Origin: Mobula hypostoma | Taxonomy: Eukaryota | Length of the DNA: 60,000 nucleotides | Assembly: GCF_963921235.1 (NCBI RefSeq) | Contig: NC_086108.1 | Span: forward strand, 32,180,001-32,240,000 | Direction of reading: 5' to 3' | Shown: piece by piece, positions 37,733 through 50,007 of the stretch | Position numbering within the stretch: the stretch's first letter is position 1 | Layout of the letters: every line of letters starts with the position of its first letter | Position numbers and translations under genes: made by a program | The notes under the pieces: generated by a model | What the model was told of the DNA's origin: nothing | Database searches by the model: none | Seen by the model: the letters and a program-made list of their open reading frames with translations, nothing else

Positions 37733-39529
37733 TTAAGAGCAAAAAGATTGTAAGGGATAAAATTGGTCCTCTTGAAGATCAGAGTGGTCGGCTATGTGCG
37801 GAACCAAAGGAAATGGGGGAGATCTTAAATAGGTTTTTTATGTCTGTATTTACTAAGGAAACTGGCATGAAGTCTATGGAATTGAGGGAATCAAGTAGTG
37901 AGATCATGGAAACTGTACAGATTGAAAAGGAGGAGGTGCTTGCTGTCTTGAGGAAAATTAAAGTGGATAAATCCCCGGGACCTGACAGAGTGTTCCCTCT
38001 GACCTTGAAGGAGACTAGTGTTGAAATTGTGGGGGCCCTGGCAGAAATATTTAAAATGTCGCTGTCTACGGGTGAGGTGCCGGAGGATTGGCGAGTGGCT
38101 CATGTTGTTCCATTGTTTAAAAAAGGATCGAAAAGTAATCCAGGAAATTATAGGCCGGTGAGTTTAGTATCGGTAGTAGGTAAGTTATTGGAGGGAGTAC
38201 TAGGAGACAGAATCTACAAGCATTTGGATAGACAGGGACTTATTAGGGTGAGTCAACATGGCTTTGTGCGTGGTAGGTCATGTTTGACCAATCTATTGGA
38301 GTTTTTCGAGGAGGTTACCAGGAAGGTGGATGAAGGGAAGGCAGTGGATATTGTCTACATGGATTTCAGTAAGGCCTTTGACAAGGTTCCGCATGGGAGG
38401 TTAGTTAGGAAAATTCAGTCGCTAGGTATACATGGAGGTGGTAAATTGGATTAGACATTGGCTCAATGGAAGAAGCCAAAGAGTGGTGGTAGAGAATTGC
38501 TTCTCTGAGTGGAGGCCTGTGACTAGTGGTGTGCCACAGGGATCAGTGCTGGGTCCATTATCATCTATATCAATGATCTGGATGATAATGTGGTAAATTG
38601 GATCAGCAAATTTGCTGATGATACAAAGATTGGAGGTGTAGTAGACAGTGAGGAAGGTTTTCAGAGCCTGCAGAGGGACTTGGACCAGCTGGAAAAATGG
38701 GCTGAAAAATGACAGATGGAGTTTAATACAGACAAGTGTGAGGTATTACACGTTGGAAGGACAAACCAAGGTAGAACATACACGGTTAATGGTAAGGCAC
38801 TGAGGAGTGCAGTAGAACAGAGGGATCTGGGAATACAGATAAAAAATTCCCTAAATGTGGCATCACAAGTAGATAGGGTCGTAAAGAGAGCTTTTGGTAC
38901 ATTGGCCTTTATTAATCAAAGTATTGAATATAAGAGCTGGAATGTTATGATGAGGTTGTATAAGGCACTGGTGAGGCCGAATCTGGAGTACCGTGTTCAG
39001 TTTTGGTCACCAAATTACAGGAAGGATATAAATAAGGTTGAAAGAGTGCAGAGAAGGTTTACAAGGATGTTGCCGGGACTTGAGAAACTCAGTTACAGAG
39101 AAAGGTTGAATAGGTTAGGACTTTATTCCCTGGAGCGTAAAAAAATGAGGGGAGATTTGATAGAGGTCTATAAAATTATGATGGGTACAGATAGAGTGAA
39201 TGCAAGCAGGCTTTTTCCAATGAGGCAAGGGGAGAAAAAAACCAGAGGACATGGGTTAAGGGTGAGGGGGGAAAAGTTTAAAGGGAACATTAGGGGGGAC
39301 TTCTTCACACAGAGAGTGGTGGGAGTATGGAATGAACTGCCAGATGAGGTGGTAAAGGCGGGTTCCTTTTTAACATTTAAGAATAAATTGGACAGATACA
39401 TGGATGGGAGGTGTATGGAGGGATATGGTCTGTGTGCAGGTCAGTGGGACTGGGCAGAAAATGGTTCAGCACAGCCAAGAAGGGCCAAAAGGCCTGTTTC
39501 TGTGCTGTAGTTTCTATGGTTCTATGGTT
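37733..39529 (+). mobile_element. CR1 LINE ORF2 RT and 3' end, 5'-truncated
   Basis: ORFs 37813-38454 and 38716-39510 (NYRPVSL, DFSKAFDKVPH, FADDTK); (ttctatgg)n tail. Confidence 0.93.
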
Positions 39530-39719
39530 AAATGCTGTCTTCCCAATCTTCAGAAGAGTCAGTCGATTATATCTAATGTGACTATTAGCTTCTTGAGCAA
39601 GAAATGCGAAGGAAGTTGCAGGAATTAGCAGTACACTCTAACGTTGGTATGGAGCTTGCAATATGCCTGTTGTACGCAGCGACATCTTGTCCAGGAGTGT
39701 ATAGCTCAGGATCTTGAAT

Positions 39720-41005
39720 GGTGGTTTTTTACTACCTTCTGCAGGGTCTTGTGGTCTGATGCCCTGCAGCTTCTGAACCACACAATGATGTAGCCAAACA
39801 GGGGACTGTTGATGGTGCTCCTGTGGGAAGTTGTTGGGATGGGGGCGGGGAGCCTTGCACCTCAAGCTCCTCAAAGTGTATGCTGCTGTGCCAAGATGAC
39901 TAATGAGAAGCTGTTGTGTGTCCAGGTTAATTATCCATTATGCACACTCCAAGGACATCTGTTCTCTTCGCTCTCTCCACGGCAGAGCCATTGATGTACA
40001 ATGGAAAATGGTTGAGCTGCACCTTCCTCATGCCCACAATAATTTCTTTTGTCTTGTCCATGTTAAGACTCACACCATTGGACAAGCCTGTCTACCTCCT
40101 CTCTGGATGCTGATTCATTATTGTTGCAGATGAGGCCAACTACCATTGTATCATCAGTGAACATGATGATGTGGTTTTAGTTGGATCTGGCAGTGCAGTC
40201 ATGAGTCAGCAACATGAACAGCAGCAGGCTGAACCTTTTTTCGGTGGGGGGGGATTTGTGGGGAACACCAGTGCTCAGCGTGATGAAGCTTGAGATGTTG
40301 CTGCCAGCTGGGACTGACTGACTGGGGTCTTTCCATCAGGAAGTCTAAGATTCAGTTAATGAGAGGGGTGTTGAGTCCTAATGAAGATAGTTTACCACCA
40401 ACCTTTGAGTGATGATCATTTTAAACACTGAGCTGAAGTCGTTGAACTGCATCCTGGCAAATGAGGCATTGTTTTTTTTAGGTGGGAAAGGACAGAATGG
40501 AGGGCCAAGTCTATGGCATCATCTATGGACTGGTTTGAGCAATAGTATGAACTGGAATGAGTCTAATGTAGCTGTAATGTAGGATTTTATACAAGGGTGT
40601 CCCTTCTCCCCATTTCTGACATTTACCAGGAACGTTGTAAAAGAAGGGCCTGAAGCACTGTTGAGGATTCTACCACACATCCCAAAATTTCTTTGACCAA
40701 CTACCATCAGGAACAAAGTATAGAAGCATCAGGACTAGGACTGCCAGACTGGTAACAGCTTCTTCCCCGAGGCTGTGAGACTAATGAATGCTCTGCCACC
40801 ATTGAGGTCTCGTCACTAGGACAGTGAGCTGCTTACCCGTGCTGTGCACTTCACATGCATTTTGAATTATATTTTATTAAAATATCTGTGGTACTATTTT
40901 GTTTCATGCGTTGGGTGTGATACATGTATTGTGGGTGCACTGGTTTGGAGGAACGTTGTTATGCTTGGTTGTTTATACAGTATGTAGTCAGGTCACAATA
41001 AACTA
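39720..41005. mobile_element. Rex1/Babar-like LINE with an inverted 5' part
   Basis: Minus-strand RT segment (~40575 to 39720), followed by the plus-strand C-terminus and 3' UTR (PSGTKYRSIRTRTARL...aataaa). Confidence 0.65.
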
Positions 41006-42533
41006 TCCTCTGGTTCCCTCACACTAATGTCCTATCTAATACTACCCAAATCACCCAAGAATGTAGGATTTAGAAAGCAAGGGATGTGCGAGAGATTAAA
41101 AAAATACTATGCTTGATCATTTTCTAGAGGTTCCCACTTCTACTTCAGCAGTAGTACAGCCATGGCCACAAATTACACCAGCATCGTCATCACCTCTAAT
41201 TTTGCAGCTGAAGATGTGCAGCAAAGTACAAGCTAACAATATGCAAGCATTCATAGTCATAATTCAGGGAAAATATGTTTACTGATCCATTTGATGCAAG
41301 AAGCATCAGGAACAAAGGTGATGAACTGAGAGCTTGGATACATACATGGAATTATGATGTAGTGGCCATTACAGAGACTTGGCTGGCACCAGGGCAGGAA
41401 TGGATTCTCAATATTCCTGGATTTCAGTGCTTTAAAAGGGATGGGGGGGGGAAGGGGAGGAGGAGTGGCATTACTGGTCAGGGATACTATTACAGCTACA
41501 GAAAGGGTGGGTAATGTAGCAGAATCCTCTTTTGAGTCAGTATGGGTGGAAGTCAGGAACAGGAAGGGAGCAGTTACTCCATTGGGAGTATTCTATAGGC
41601 CCCCTGGTAGCAGCAGAGATACCAAAGTGCAGATTGGGAGGCAGATTTTGGAAAGGTGCAAAAATAACAGGGTTGTTATCATGGGTGACTTTAACTTCCC
41701 TAATATTGATTGGCACCTGATTAGTTCCAAGGGTTTAGACAGGGCAGAGTTTGTTAAGTGTGTCCAGGACAGATTCCTGTCACAGTATGTTGACAAGCCA
41801 ACTGGGGAAATGCCACACTAGATCTAGCATTAGGTAACAAACCGGGTCAGGTCACAGATCTCTAAGTGGGTGAGCATCTGGGGGACAGTGAACACTGCTC
41901 CCTGGCCTTTAGCATTATCATGGAAAAGGATAAAATCAGACAGGACAGGAAAATTTTTAATTGGGAATGGCAAATTATGAGGCTATAAGGCTAGAACTTG
42001 CAGATGTGAATTGGGATGATGTTTTTGCAGGGAAATGTACTATGGACATGTGGTCGATGTTTGGGGATCTCTTGCAGGATGTTAGGGATAAATTTGTCCC
42101 GGTGAGGAAGATAAACATAGAAACATAGAAAATAGGTGCAGGAGTAGGTCATTGGGCCCTTCGAGCCTGCACCACCATTTAGTATGATCATGGCTGATCT
42201 TCCAACTCAGAACCCTGTACCTGCCTTCTCTCCATACCCCCTGATCCCTTTAGCCATAAGGGCTATATCTAACTCCCTCTTAAATATAGCCAATGAACTG
42301 GCCTCAATTGATTCCTGTGGCAGAGAATTCCACAGATTCACCACTCTCTGTGTGAAGAAGTTTTTCCTCATCTCGGTCCTAAAAGACTTCCCCTTTATCC
42401 TTAAACTGTGATCCCTCGTTCTGGACTTCCCCAACATCGGGAACAATCTTCCTGCATCTAGCCTGTCCAATTCCTTTAGGATTTTATACATTTCAATAAG
42501 ATCCCCCCCTCAATCTTCTAAATTCCAGAGAGT

Positions 42534-43104
42534 GGTTGGTTGGTTGGTTGTTCATCCATCGTTGACGTCGATGAGGACCTCGACACCATTATGATGGTGT
42601 CAAGACTAGCGCGTGATTTGGATTTAAGTGAGGGAGAGTTGCGCAGTGTCAGCCTCACTCTATCTTCCCAATTCCCATCTGGATCCAGTGGCAAGACAGA
42701 GTCTAGACGGCTGGAGATGGCACTAGGCGCAATGGATGACCGGGACGTCTTCTGTGTCTTATTCTGCTCTACACGTTCCACGACGCTTGCAGAGACCGCC
42801 TTCTTGACTGTTGGACCTTCCATAGGTCTCGTCCGCTCAATCCGCCGGAGTCTGCCTTCACATGCAGGGATAGACAACTCCCTATCTCACCAAGGGTTTG
42901 AGACCTGTCGGCTACCCTCACCTGGTTTAGCCGGCTTGTGGAAGCCGTTGCCCGGGGTATGGCCGCTGTCGCATGCAAACAGCTACGGGGAGCCACAGGT
43001 GAGAGCTGAGTGCCAGGTGGGGACCAAAGGTGGACTAACCGCCCTGAAAAGGACGCAACATGTTCCCCACCAGAGGTGCTACCCCTCCCTGACACCCCAA
43101 ACAC
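42534..43104 (-). mobile_element. Young full-length RTE-derived non-autonomous retroelement (~570 bp)
   Basis: 9-bp TSD ccagagagt (42525-33, 43105-13); (caac)n tail; CpG-rich; ribozyme-like fold at the 5' end. Confidence 0.85.
42917..43098 (-). ncRNA. HDV-like self-cleaving ribozyme (predicted)
   Basis: P1 GGGGUGU/AUACCCC; P2 CUCACCUGU/AC(C)AGGUGAG; P3 GGC/GCC; L3 UCCCCGUA plus hairpin; GGGCAA; P4 CGGCUU-CCAC-AAGCCG; J4/2 GCUAA. Confidence 0.8.
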
Positions 43105-45033
43105 CCAGAGAGTATAAGCCTAGTCGATCCAGTCTTTCATCATATGAAAGTCCTGCCATCCCAGGAATCAATCTGGTGAACCTTCTTTGTACTCCCTCTA
43201 TGGCGAGAATGTCTTTCCTCAGATTAGGGGACCAAATCTGCACACAATACTCCAGGTGTGGTCTCACCAAGGCCTTGTACAACTGCAGTAGTACCTCCCT
43301 GCTCCTGTACTTAAATCCTCTTGATATGAATGCCAGCATACCATTCGCCTAAGAATGGTAGGGTGAAGGAACCATGGGTGACAAGTGAGGTGGAAAATCT
43401 AGTCAAGTGGAAGGAGGCAGCATATATGAGGTTTAGGAAACAAGGATCAGATGGGTCCATTGAGGAACATAGGGTAGCAAGAAAGGAAGGGGCTGAGAAG
43501 AGCAAAAAGGGGGCATGAGAAGGCCTTGGCGAGTAGGGTAAAGGAAAACCCCAAGGCATTCTTCAGTTATGTGAAGAACAAAAGGATGACAAGAGTGAAG
43601 GTAGGACCCATTAGAGATAAAGGTGGGAAGATGTGCCTGGAGGCTGTGGAAGTGAGCGAGATCCTCAATGGATATTTCTCTTCAGTATTCACCAAGAGGG
43701 AACTTGATGATGGTGAAGACAATATGAGTGAGATTGATGTTCTGAAGCATGCTGATATTAAGGGAGAGGAGGTGTTGGAGTTGTTGAAATACATGAGGAT
43801 GGATAAGTCCCCAGGGCCTGACGGAATACTACCCAGGCTGCTCCACAAGGTGAGGGAAGAGATTGCTGAGCCTCTGGCTAGGATCTTTATGTCCTCGTTG
43901 TCCACGGAAATGGTACCAGAGGATTGGAAGGAGGCGAATGTTGTCCCCTTGTTCAAAAAGGTAGTATGGATAGTCCGGGTAATTATAGACCAGTGAGCCT
44001 TATGCCTGTGGTGGGAAAGCTGTTGGAAAGATTCTTAGAGATAGGATCTATGGGCATTTAGAGAATCATGGTCTGATCAGGGACAGTCAGCATGGTTTTG
44101 TGAAGGGAAGATCATGTCCAACAAGCCTGATAGAGTTCTTTGAGGTGGTGACCAGGCATATAGATGAGGGTAGTGCAGTGGATGTGATCTACATGGATTT
44201 TAGTAAGGCATTTGACAAGGTTCCACATGGTAGGCTTATTCAGAAAGTCAGAGGCATGGGATCCAGGGAAGTTTGGCCAGGTGGATTCAGAATTGGCTTG
44301 CCTGCAGAAGGAAGAGGGTCATGGTGGAAGGAGTACATTCGGATTGGAGGGTTGTGACTAGTGATGTCCCACAAGGATCGGTTCTGGGACCTCTACTTTT
44401 CGTGATTTTTATTAACGACCTGGATGTGGGGGTAGAAGAGTGGGTTGGCAAGTGTGCAGACGACACAAAGGTTGGTGGTGTTGTAGATAGTGTAGTGGAT
44501 TGTTGAAGATTGCAGAGAGACATTGATAGGATGCAGAACTGGGCTGAGAAGTGGCAGATGGAGTTCAACCCGGAGAAGTGTGAGGTGGTACACTTTGGAA
44601 GGATAAACTCCAAGGCAGAGTACAAAGTAAGTGGCAGGATACTTGGTAGTGTGGAGAAGCAGAGGGATCTGGGGGTACATGTCCACAGATCCCTGAAAGT
44701 TGCCTCACAGGTGGATAGGGTAGTTAAGTAAACTTATGGGGTATTAGCTTTCATAAGTCGAGGGATAGAGTTTGTCGCGAGGTAATGATGCAGCTCTATA
44801 AAACTCTGGTTAGGCCACACTTGGAGTACTGTGTCCAGTTCTGGTCGCCTCACTATAGGAAGGATGTGGAAGCATTGGAAAGGGTACAGAGGAGATTTAC
44901 CAGGATGCTGCCTGGTTTAGAGAGTATGGATTATGATTAGAGATTAAGGGAGCTGGGCTTTACTCTTTGGAGAGAAGGAGGATGAGAGGAGACATGATAG
45001 AGGTATAAAAGATATTAAGAGGAATAGATAGAG

Positions 45034-48000
45034 ACAATACAATTCATAAAATAAAGAATCCAAAGACAAAGCTTGTGGAGAGTACAATAGGGAAAATTCA
45101 AGAAAGTTTTGAAACGTATTATCGAGAGCTGTACTCCCAACCCCGGGCCCCCAATGAGCCCTATATAGACAGTGTATTGAATTTTTTAGATCTACCTAAA
45201 CTTACAGATTTACAAAATGAAAGTTTATTAGAACCAGTAACTGTCAAAGAACTGAACGTGGCCATCTCTAGGTTAAAGGCTGGAAAGTCCCCGGGTTCTG
45301 ATGGGTTTACCTCAGAGTGGTACAAGTCCCTGAAGACACAGTTAGCCCCATTACTACTTAACACCTTTAATTGGATCTTGCAGAGAGGAGAAACTCCACC
45401 TTCCTGGAGAGAAGCGATTATTTCAGTTATTCCTAAAGAGGGTAAAGATAAACTAGAATGTGGCAATTATCGGCCAATTAGTGTTCTTAATTTAGATTAC
45501 AAACTATTTACATCTATATTAGCGCGCAGATTGGAAAAGCTTTTACCTGGCCTAATCCATTTAGACCAGACTGGATTTATTCAACAAAGACAAACACAGG
45601 ACAACATAAGGAGAACTCTGCACATATTAGAACAGGTTAATAAGAACGAGACAGAGACAATGGTAGTAGGATTGGACGCTGAGAAAGCTTTTGATTCGGT
45701 TAGTTGGGCATTCCTATACAGAGTGTTAGGAAGATTCGGCTTTCAAGAAAGGTTTATTAAAGTAATTCAGACTCTGTATGACAGCCCAACAGCCCGAATT
45801 AAGATAAATGGGGACCTCTCTGACTCCTTCATTTTAGAGAGAGGCACTAGACAGGGATGCCCAATTTCTCCTCTCCTTTTTGCGCTATATATTGAACCAC
45901 TTGCCCAACTAATAAGACAGAGCGAAATCGTAAAAGGTATCAAGGTGGCAGGGATTGAACAGAAAGTGGCGTTATTCGCAGATGATGTTTTGGTCTATCT
46001 GAGTGAACCAGAAAAATCATTTATAGGATTGTTTACACTGTTGGATGACTTTGGGAAAATATCAGGTTATAAAATAAATGTAAAGAAAACGCAGGTTATG
46101 TCCCTAATTTATACACCATCCAAAAAATTGCAGGATACATACGATCTTAAGTGGGAAGCTAAATCATTAAAATATTTAGGAATAACCCTGCCGAAGGATC
46201 TTTCAACACTGTCACAGGTAAATTATGGGCCAATAATCTCAGAGATAAAAGCAGATATGCATAGATGGAATCTTATCCCCTTTTTAAGTTTAAATTCAAA
46301 GGATAAATACTATAAAAATGAATATTCTTCCTCGGTTATTATATCTTTTCCGTACTTTACCAGTGGAGGTGGATGATAATCAATTCAGGGAATGGGACAA
46401 ATGGATTTCCCGCTTCATTTGGCAAGGAAGGAAACCTAGAATTCGATATAACATTTTACAGTTAGGGAAGGAAAGAGGAGGTATGGTTCTTCCTTGCCTG
46501 AGAAATTATTTTTATGCCTCACAGATAACCCCTCTGTTATATTGGTGTAATAGGGAATATTAGATGGAAGGAAATAGAATTTGGATTAGTTGACAGTTTT
46601 CCTCTTCAGGCCTCAATAGCTGACAAAGGATTGATGGCCCAGTTGGAAAAATTTAATAATGCTTGGATAAATCTTACATTAAAAGTATGGCAGAAGGTGG
46701 TTAATTCATGTGGAATTAATAACATGCTAAAACTCTTTAGATGGTGTGCATATGATACCGAATTCCTTCCCAACAGAGGAGATAAAAGATTTGAGCTATG
46801 GATAAAGAAAGGTCTTACAACCTACCTCTCATTTATAGATAAAAGAGTATTACAAAGTTTCCAAATCCTGCAGGACAAACATGGCCTAGAACATAATGAC
46901 TTTTTTAGGTACCTTCAAATACGAAACTATGTTAACCAGAGTTGTAGATATACAGACCTATCAACAGTAGAATTAGAATTTTTCAAGATTCTGAATTCGG
47001 CTTGCAGTTCAATACCTAGTAAATCAGTTTCTCGCCTATATAATGCACTCTCCCATGCTAAAAATGTAAATACACTGTATATTAAAGAGAAGTGGGAGAA
47101 AGAAGCGGGGTTGGTACTTTCAGAGGAGGCTTGGGGGAAAATCTGCAGCTTTCAATGGTCCTCGACTAATTCTTTGACTTGGAGAGAACATTGTTGGAAA
47201 AACATTATAAGATACTTCAAGACCCCATATCAGGAAAAATATAAAGATACAAATGTGATGTGTTGGAGAAGGTGCGGCTCCAAGGAGGCAAATCATTTTC
47301 ATATTTTCTGGGATTGCCCTAAATTAAGTCTATTTTGGGAAGGTATTCATAGAACATTAGTTAAGGTACTTAGGTCCCAGATACCTCTGAACTTTGAGAC
47401 GCTCTATTTGGGGCATGTATTGTTCCTTGAACAGAAGGAAGATATAAAGTTGCTGCAGGCCCTCTTAGCGGCAAGTAAGAAATCAATCACTAGAAAATGG
47501 CTAAATCCAATACCACCTACATTAGAAGATTGGTACGAAATTATCTTGGAAATATTTAAAATGGAAAAGTTGACCTACTCCCTGAGAACTCAAAAAGAAA
47601 CATTTTATCAAATCTGGAATAAATGGATTGAATATATAACCCCAATGCGAGCAGACTTTAGATGACTCTCCTAATGATTTATATTGCTCTTCTCATCAAC
47701 ACAGTAATATTGCTAACGTAAGCACCCCTAGTCTAAATGTTTGTTGTTTTTTTTTGGAAAATAGAGAATTAACACAAGTAAAGGGAAAGATTTGGGAAAG
47801 GGATAAAAAAAATGAAAAAATTAAGTAAATAAGTACATAGGGATTGGATAATTATGTCTGCGGGCAGGAACAAGCACGAACAAATTGGGATATAAACACC
47901 TACAATGGTTGGTATATAGGCTTGTATGCAACATTTTGGACCAGTGGAAATGGTCCAGAAGAGTTGTATGGAAACTATTATTACCATTTTTCTTAACAAC

Positions 48001-48214
48001 TAATTTCATTACTTAGCCTAATAGGTTAGATTTACCACAGTACATAATTATCTATTTAAATGTTTATTTTGCTTTTATATCATCTCAATGTGTACTTAAG
48101 AATGTATAAATAATTGTAGTTTTATACATATAAAAAAATGGAAAAGGTTATATGTGTGAAAAAAGTACATGATAATTGTGAACTCCTTATCCAAATAAAA
48201 ATAAAATTAAAAAA
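45034..48214 (+). mobile_element. L1-clade LINE, 5'-truncated ORF2 (RT plus Cys-rich domain), two frameshifts
   Basis: KSPGSDG, NYRPISVLN, LDAEKAFD, GTRQGCP, FADD, CWRRCG...HIFWDCP; AATAAA plus polyA; 17-bp TSD aagaggaatagatagag at a TT/AAGA site. Confidence 0.95.
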
Positions 48215-48785
48215 AAGAGGAATAGATAGAGTGGATAGCCAGCGCCTCTTCCCCAGGGCACCACTGCTCAAACAAGACATGGCTTTTAGGTAAGGGATGG
48301 GAAGTTCAAGGGGGATACCAGAGGAAGGTTTTTCACTCAGAGAGTGGTTGGTGCGTGGAATGCATTGCCTGAGTCAGTGGTGGAGGCAGATACACCAGTG
48401 AAATTTAAGAGACTACGAGACAGGTATATGGAGGAATTTAAGGTGGGGGGTTATATGGGAGGCACGGTTTGAGGGTCGGCACAACATTGTGGGCCGAATG
48501 GCCTGTACTGTGCTGTACTATTCTATGTTCTATATTCTATTTCCCAATATTTTTAGTTCACCCCTACCCAAACCCCCTTTACTTCCTTACTCATAATTTA
48601 CATTTCAATTAAAAGGTAAATACTTTTGACAAATTTTTGCTTACACTCTCCACAAAACCTTCTGACACGTGTATCGTTTTGAAGATTTTGATAATAGATG
48701 AAACACAGTGCTGATCACTAGGAAACAAATAAATGTACTCAATATCACACCCCAGACAAGGTATAACATTAAACCACATTAAAGC

Positions 48786-48888
48786 AATTCAGTCCTGCTG
48801 AAGGGTCTCCACCCGAAATGTCGACTGTACTCTTTTCCATAGACACTGCCTAGCCTGCTGAGATCCTCCAGCATTTTGCGTGTGTCGC
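48786..48888 (+). mobile_element. Penelope-like terminal fragment with minimal hammerhead motif
   Basis: cagtc-CTGCTGA-a-gggt ctcc accc-GAAA-tg-TC-gactg (48790-48827), then the family tail. Confidence 0.72.
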
Positions 48889-50007
48889 AAAGATAATTAA
48901 AACATCTCCATTCAGGATGATAACATATTGTAATGTCCTTTAACAACTCTGAACAAACTCAAAATGTAAATAGTATTCAACTGCCAAGCATCTCTATATT
49001 TACACTTACCTTGGCACGCTTCATTTAGAAACTAGTTAACCAAAACCTTTTGTTATTGCTATCAAATGTAATCAATTTAATCCCCTAGTCCTATTGAAAT
49101 AAAAGTTGCCTCTACTGCATAACCTTTCTTTTTAATTAGCCTTAAACGTTTACTTAGGTATCAGTACTGTAAATAATGTTTATGAACATTGTTGATCTGC
49201 AACTGAGAAGGAGTAAGGCAGTATTCTTACTAATTAGAGGCATCAGGTCATTAATTCGCTGTAATGTCCTGTAAGTTATAAGCTATAATTATTTAAAGAA
49301 TTTTGGTTTAGGTCTACTGTACACCTGTGCTAATAAAACATTGGAAATTTATGAAAACATAATAATTTATATTCAACTTGCCTATTTGAACAAAGTAATT
49401 TCTTTGACTGTTTAGCTTCTTTAAACACTGTAGAGATTTCAAAGAAATCGCAGCACTGTCATCTGTAAAACTTTTTAGCTTTTTTCATCTCTACTCTCAA
49501 ATTTCCTGAAAAACCAACCCTGCCTTCAACCACCAAATCTTTAAGTTTACTCTCATTTCCAGTGCAGGAAAGGGATTTTAGGGTGCACACTCGTAATCAG
49601 AGAAGCAAACTACAGAACATAAATACAAAATAGGAGCAACGAACATAAGGAAATAAGGAGACATAATTTTACTCAAAGTTGATATAATCTGGAACTTAGT
49701 ATCTCAGGAAATACCAGAGCTGAATGATTAACATCCTTCCAAAAACAAAATTAGGCAGATATAGAAATAAAGAAAATTTGTACGAGAGAGAAGCAGTTGA
49801 GTTGGACTGCATTGGAAGATTTTGTGCATCATATTCTACAGAGTGTACATTCTCTTTTACTAAGGATTAAATTTTTCTTCTAAAATGTTTTCTCACTTTA
49901 AATTTGCTTTTGTATTCTTTGGTTTTATGTTCACAATGCAACTAACCCTATGTATTCACTTTGTAATTACAACAGGGTGAACTCAGCTTTGCTATTAGAA
50001 ACTAATA

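Larger units (their letters stand above)
42113..43349 (-). mobile_element. Young CR1 3' fragment, same family as 25231-26667
   Basis: Near-identical aaacatagaaacatagaaaataggtgcaggagtagg tail and C-terminal ORF. Confidence 0.9.
41290..48541 (+). mobile_element. CR1 LINE with nearly complete ORF2 (APE plus RT), host of several insertions
   Basis: DARSIRNK, VAITETWL, YRPP, MGDFNFP, DFSKAFDKVPH, CADDTK; (ttctat)n tail at ~48520-48541. Confidence 0.92.

Noticed and set aside
42540..43352. 270-aa plus-strand ORF
   Set aside because: It spans the antisense of the RTE-derived element and a CR1 across a TSD junction, so it is a chance open frame.
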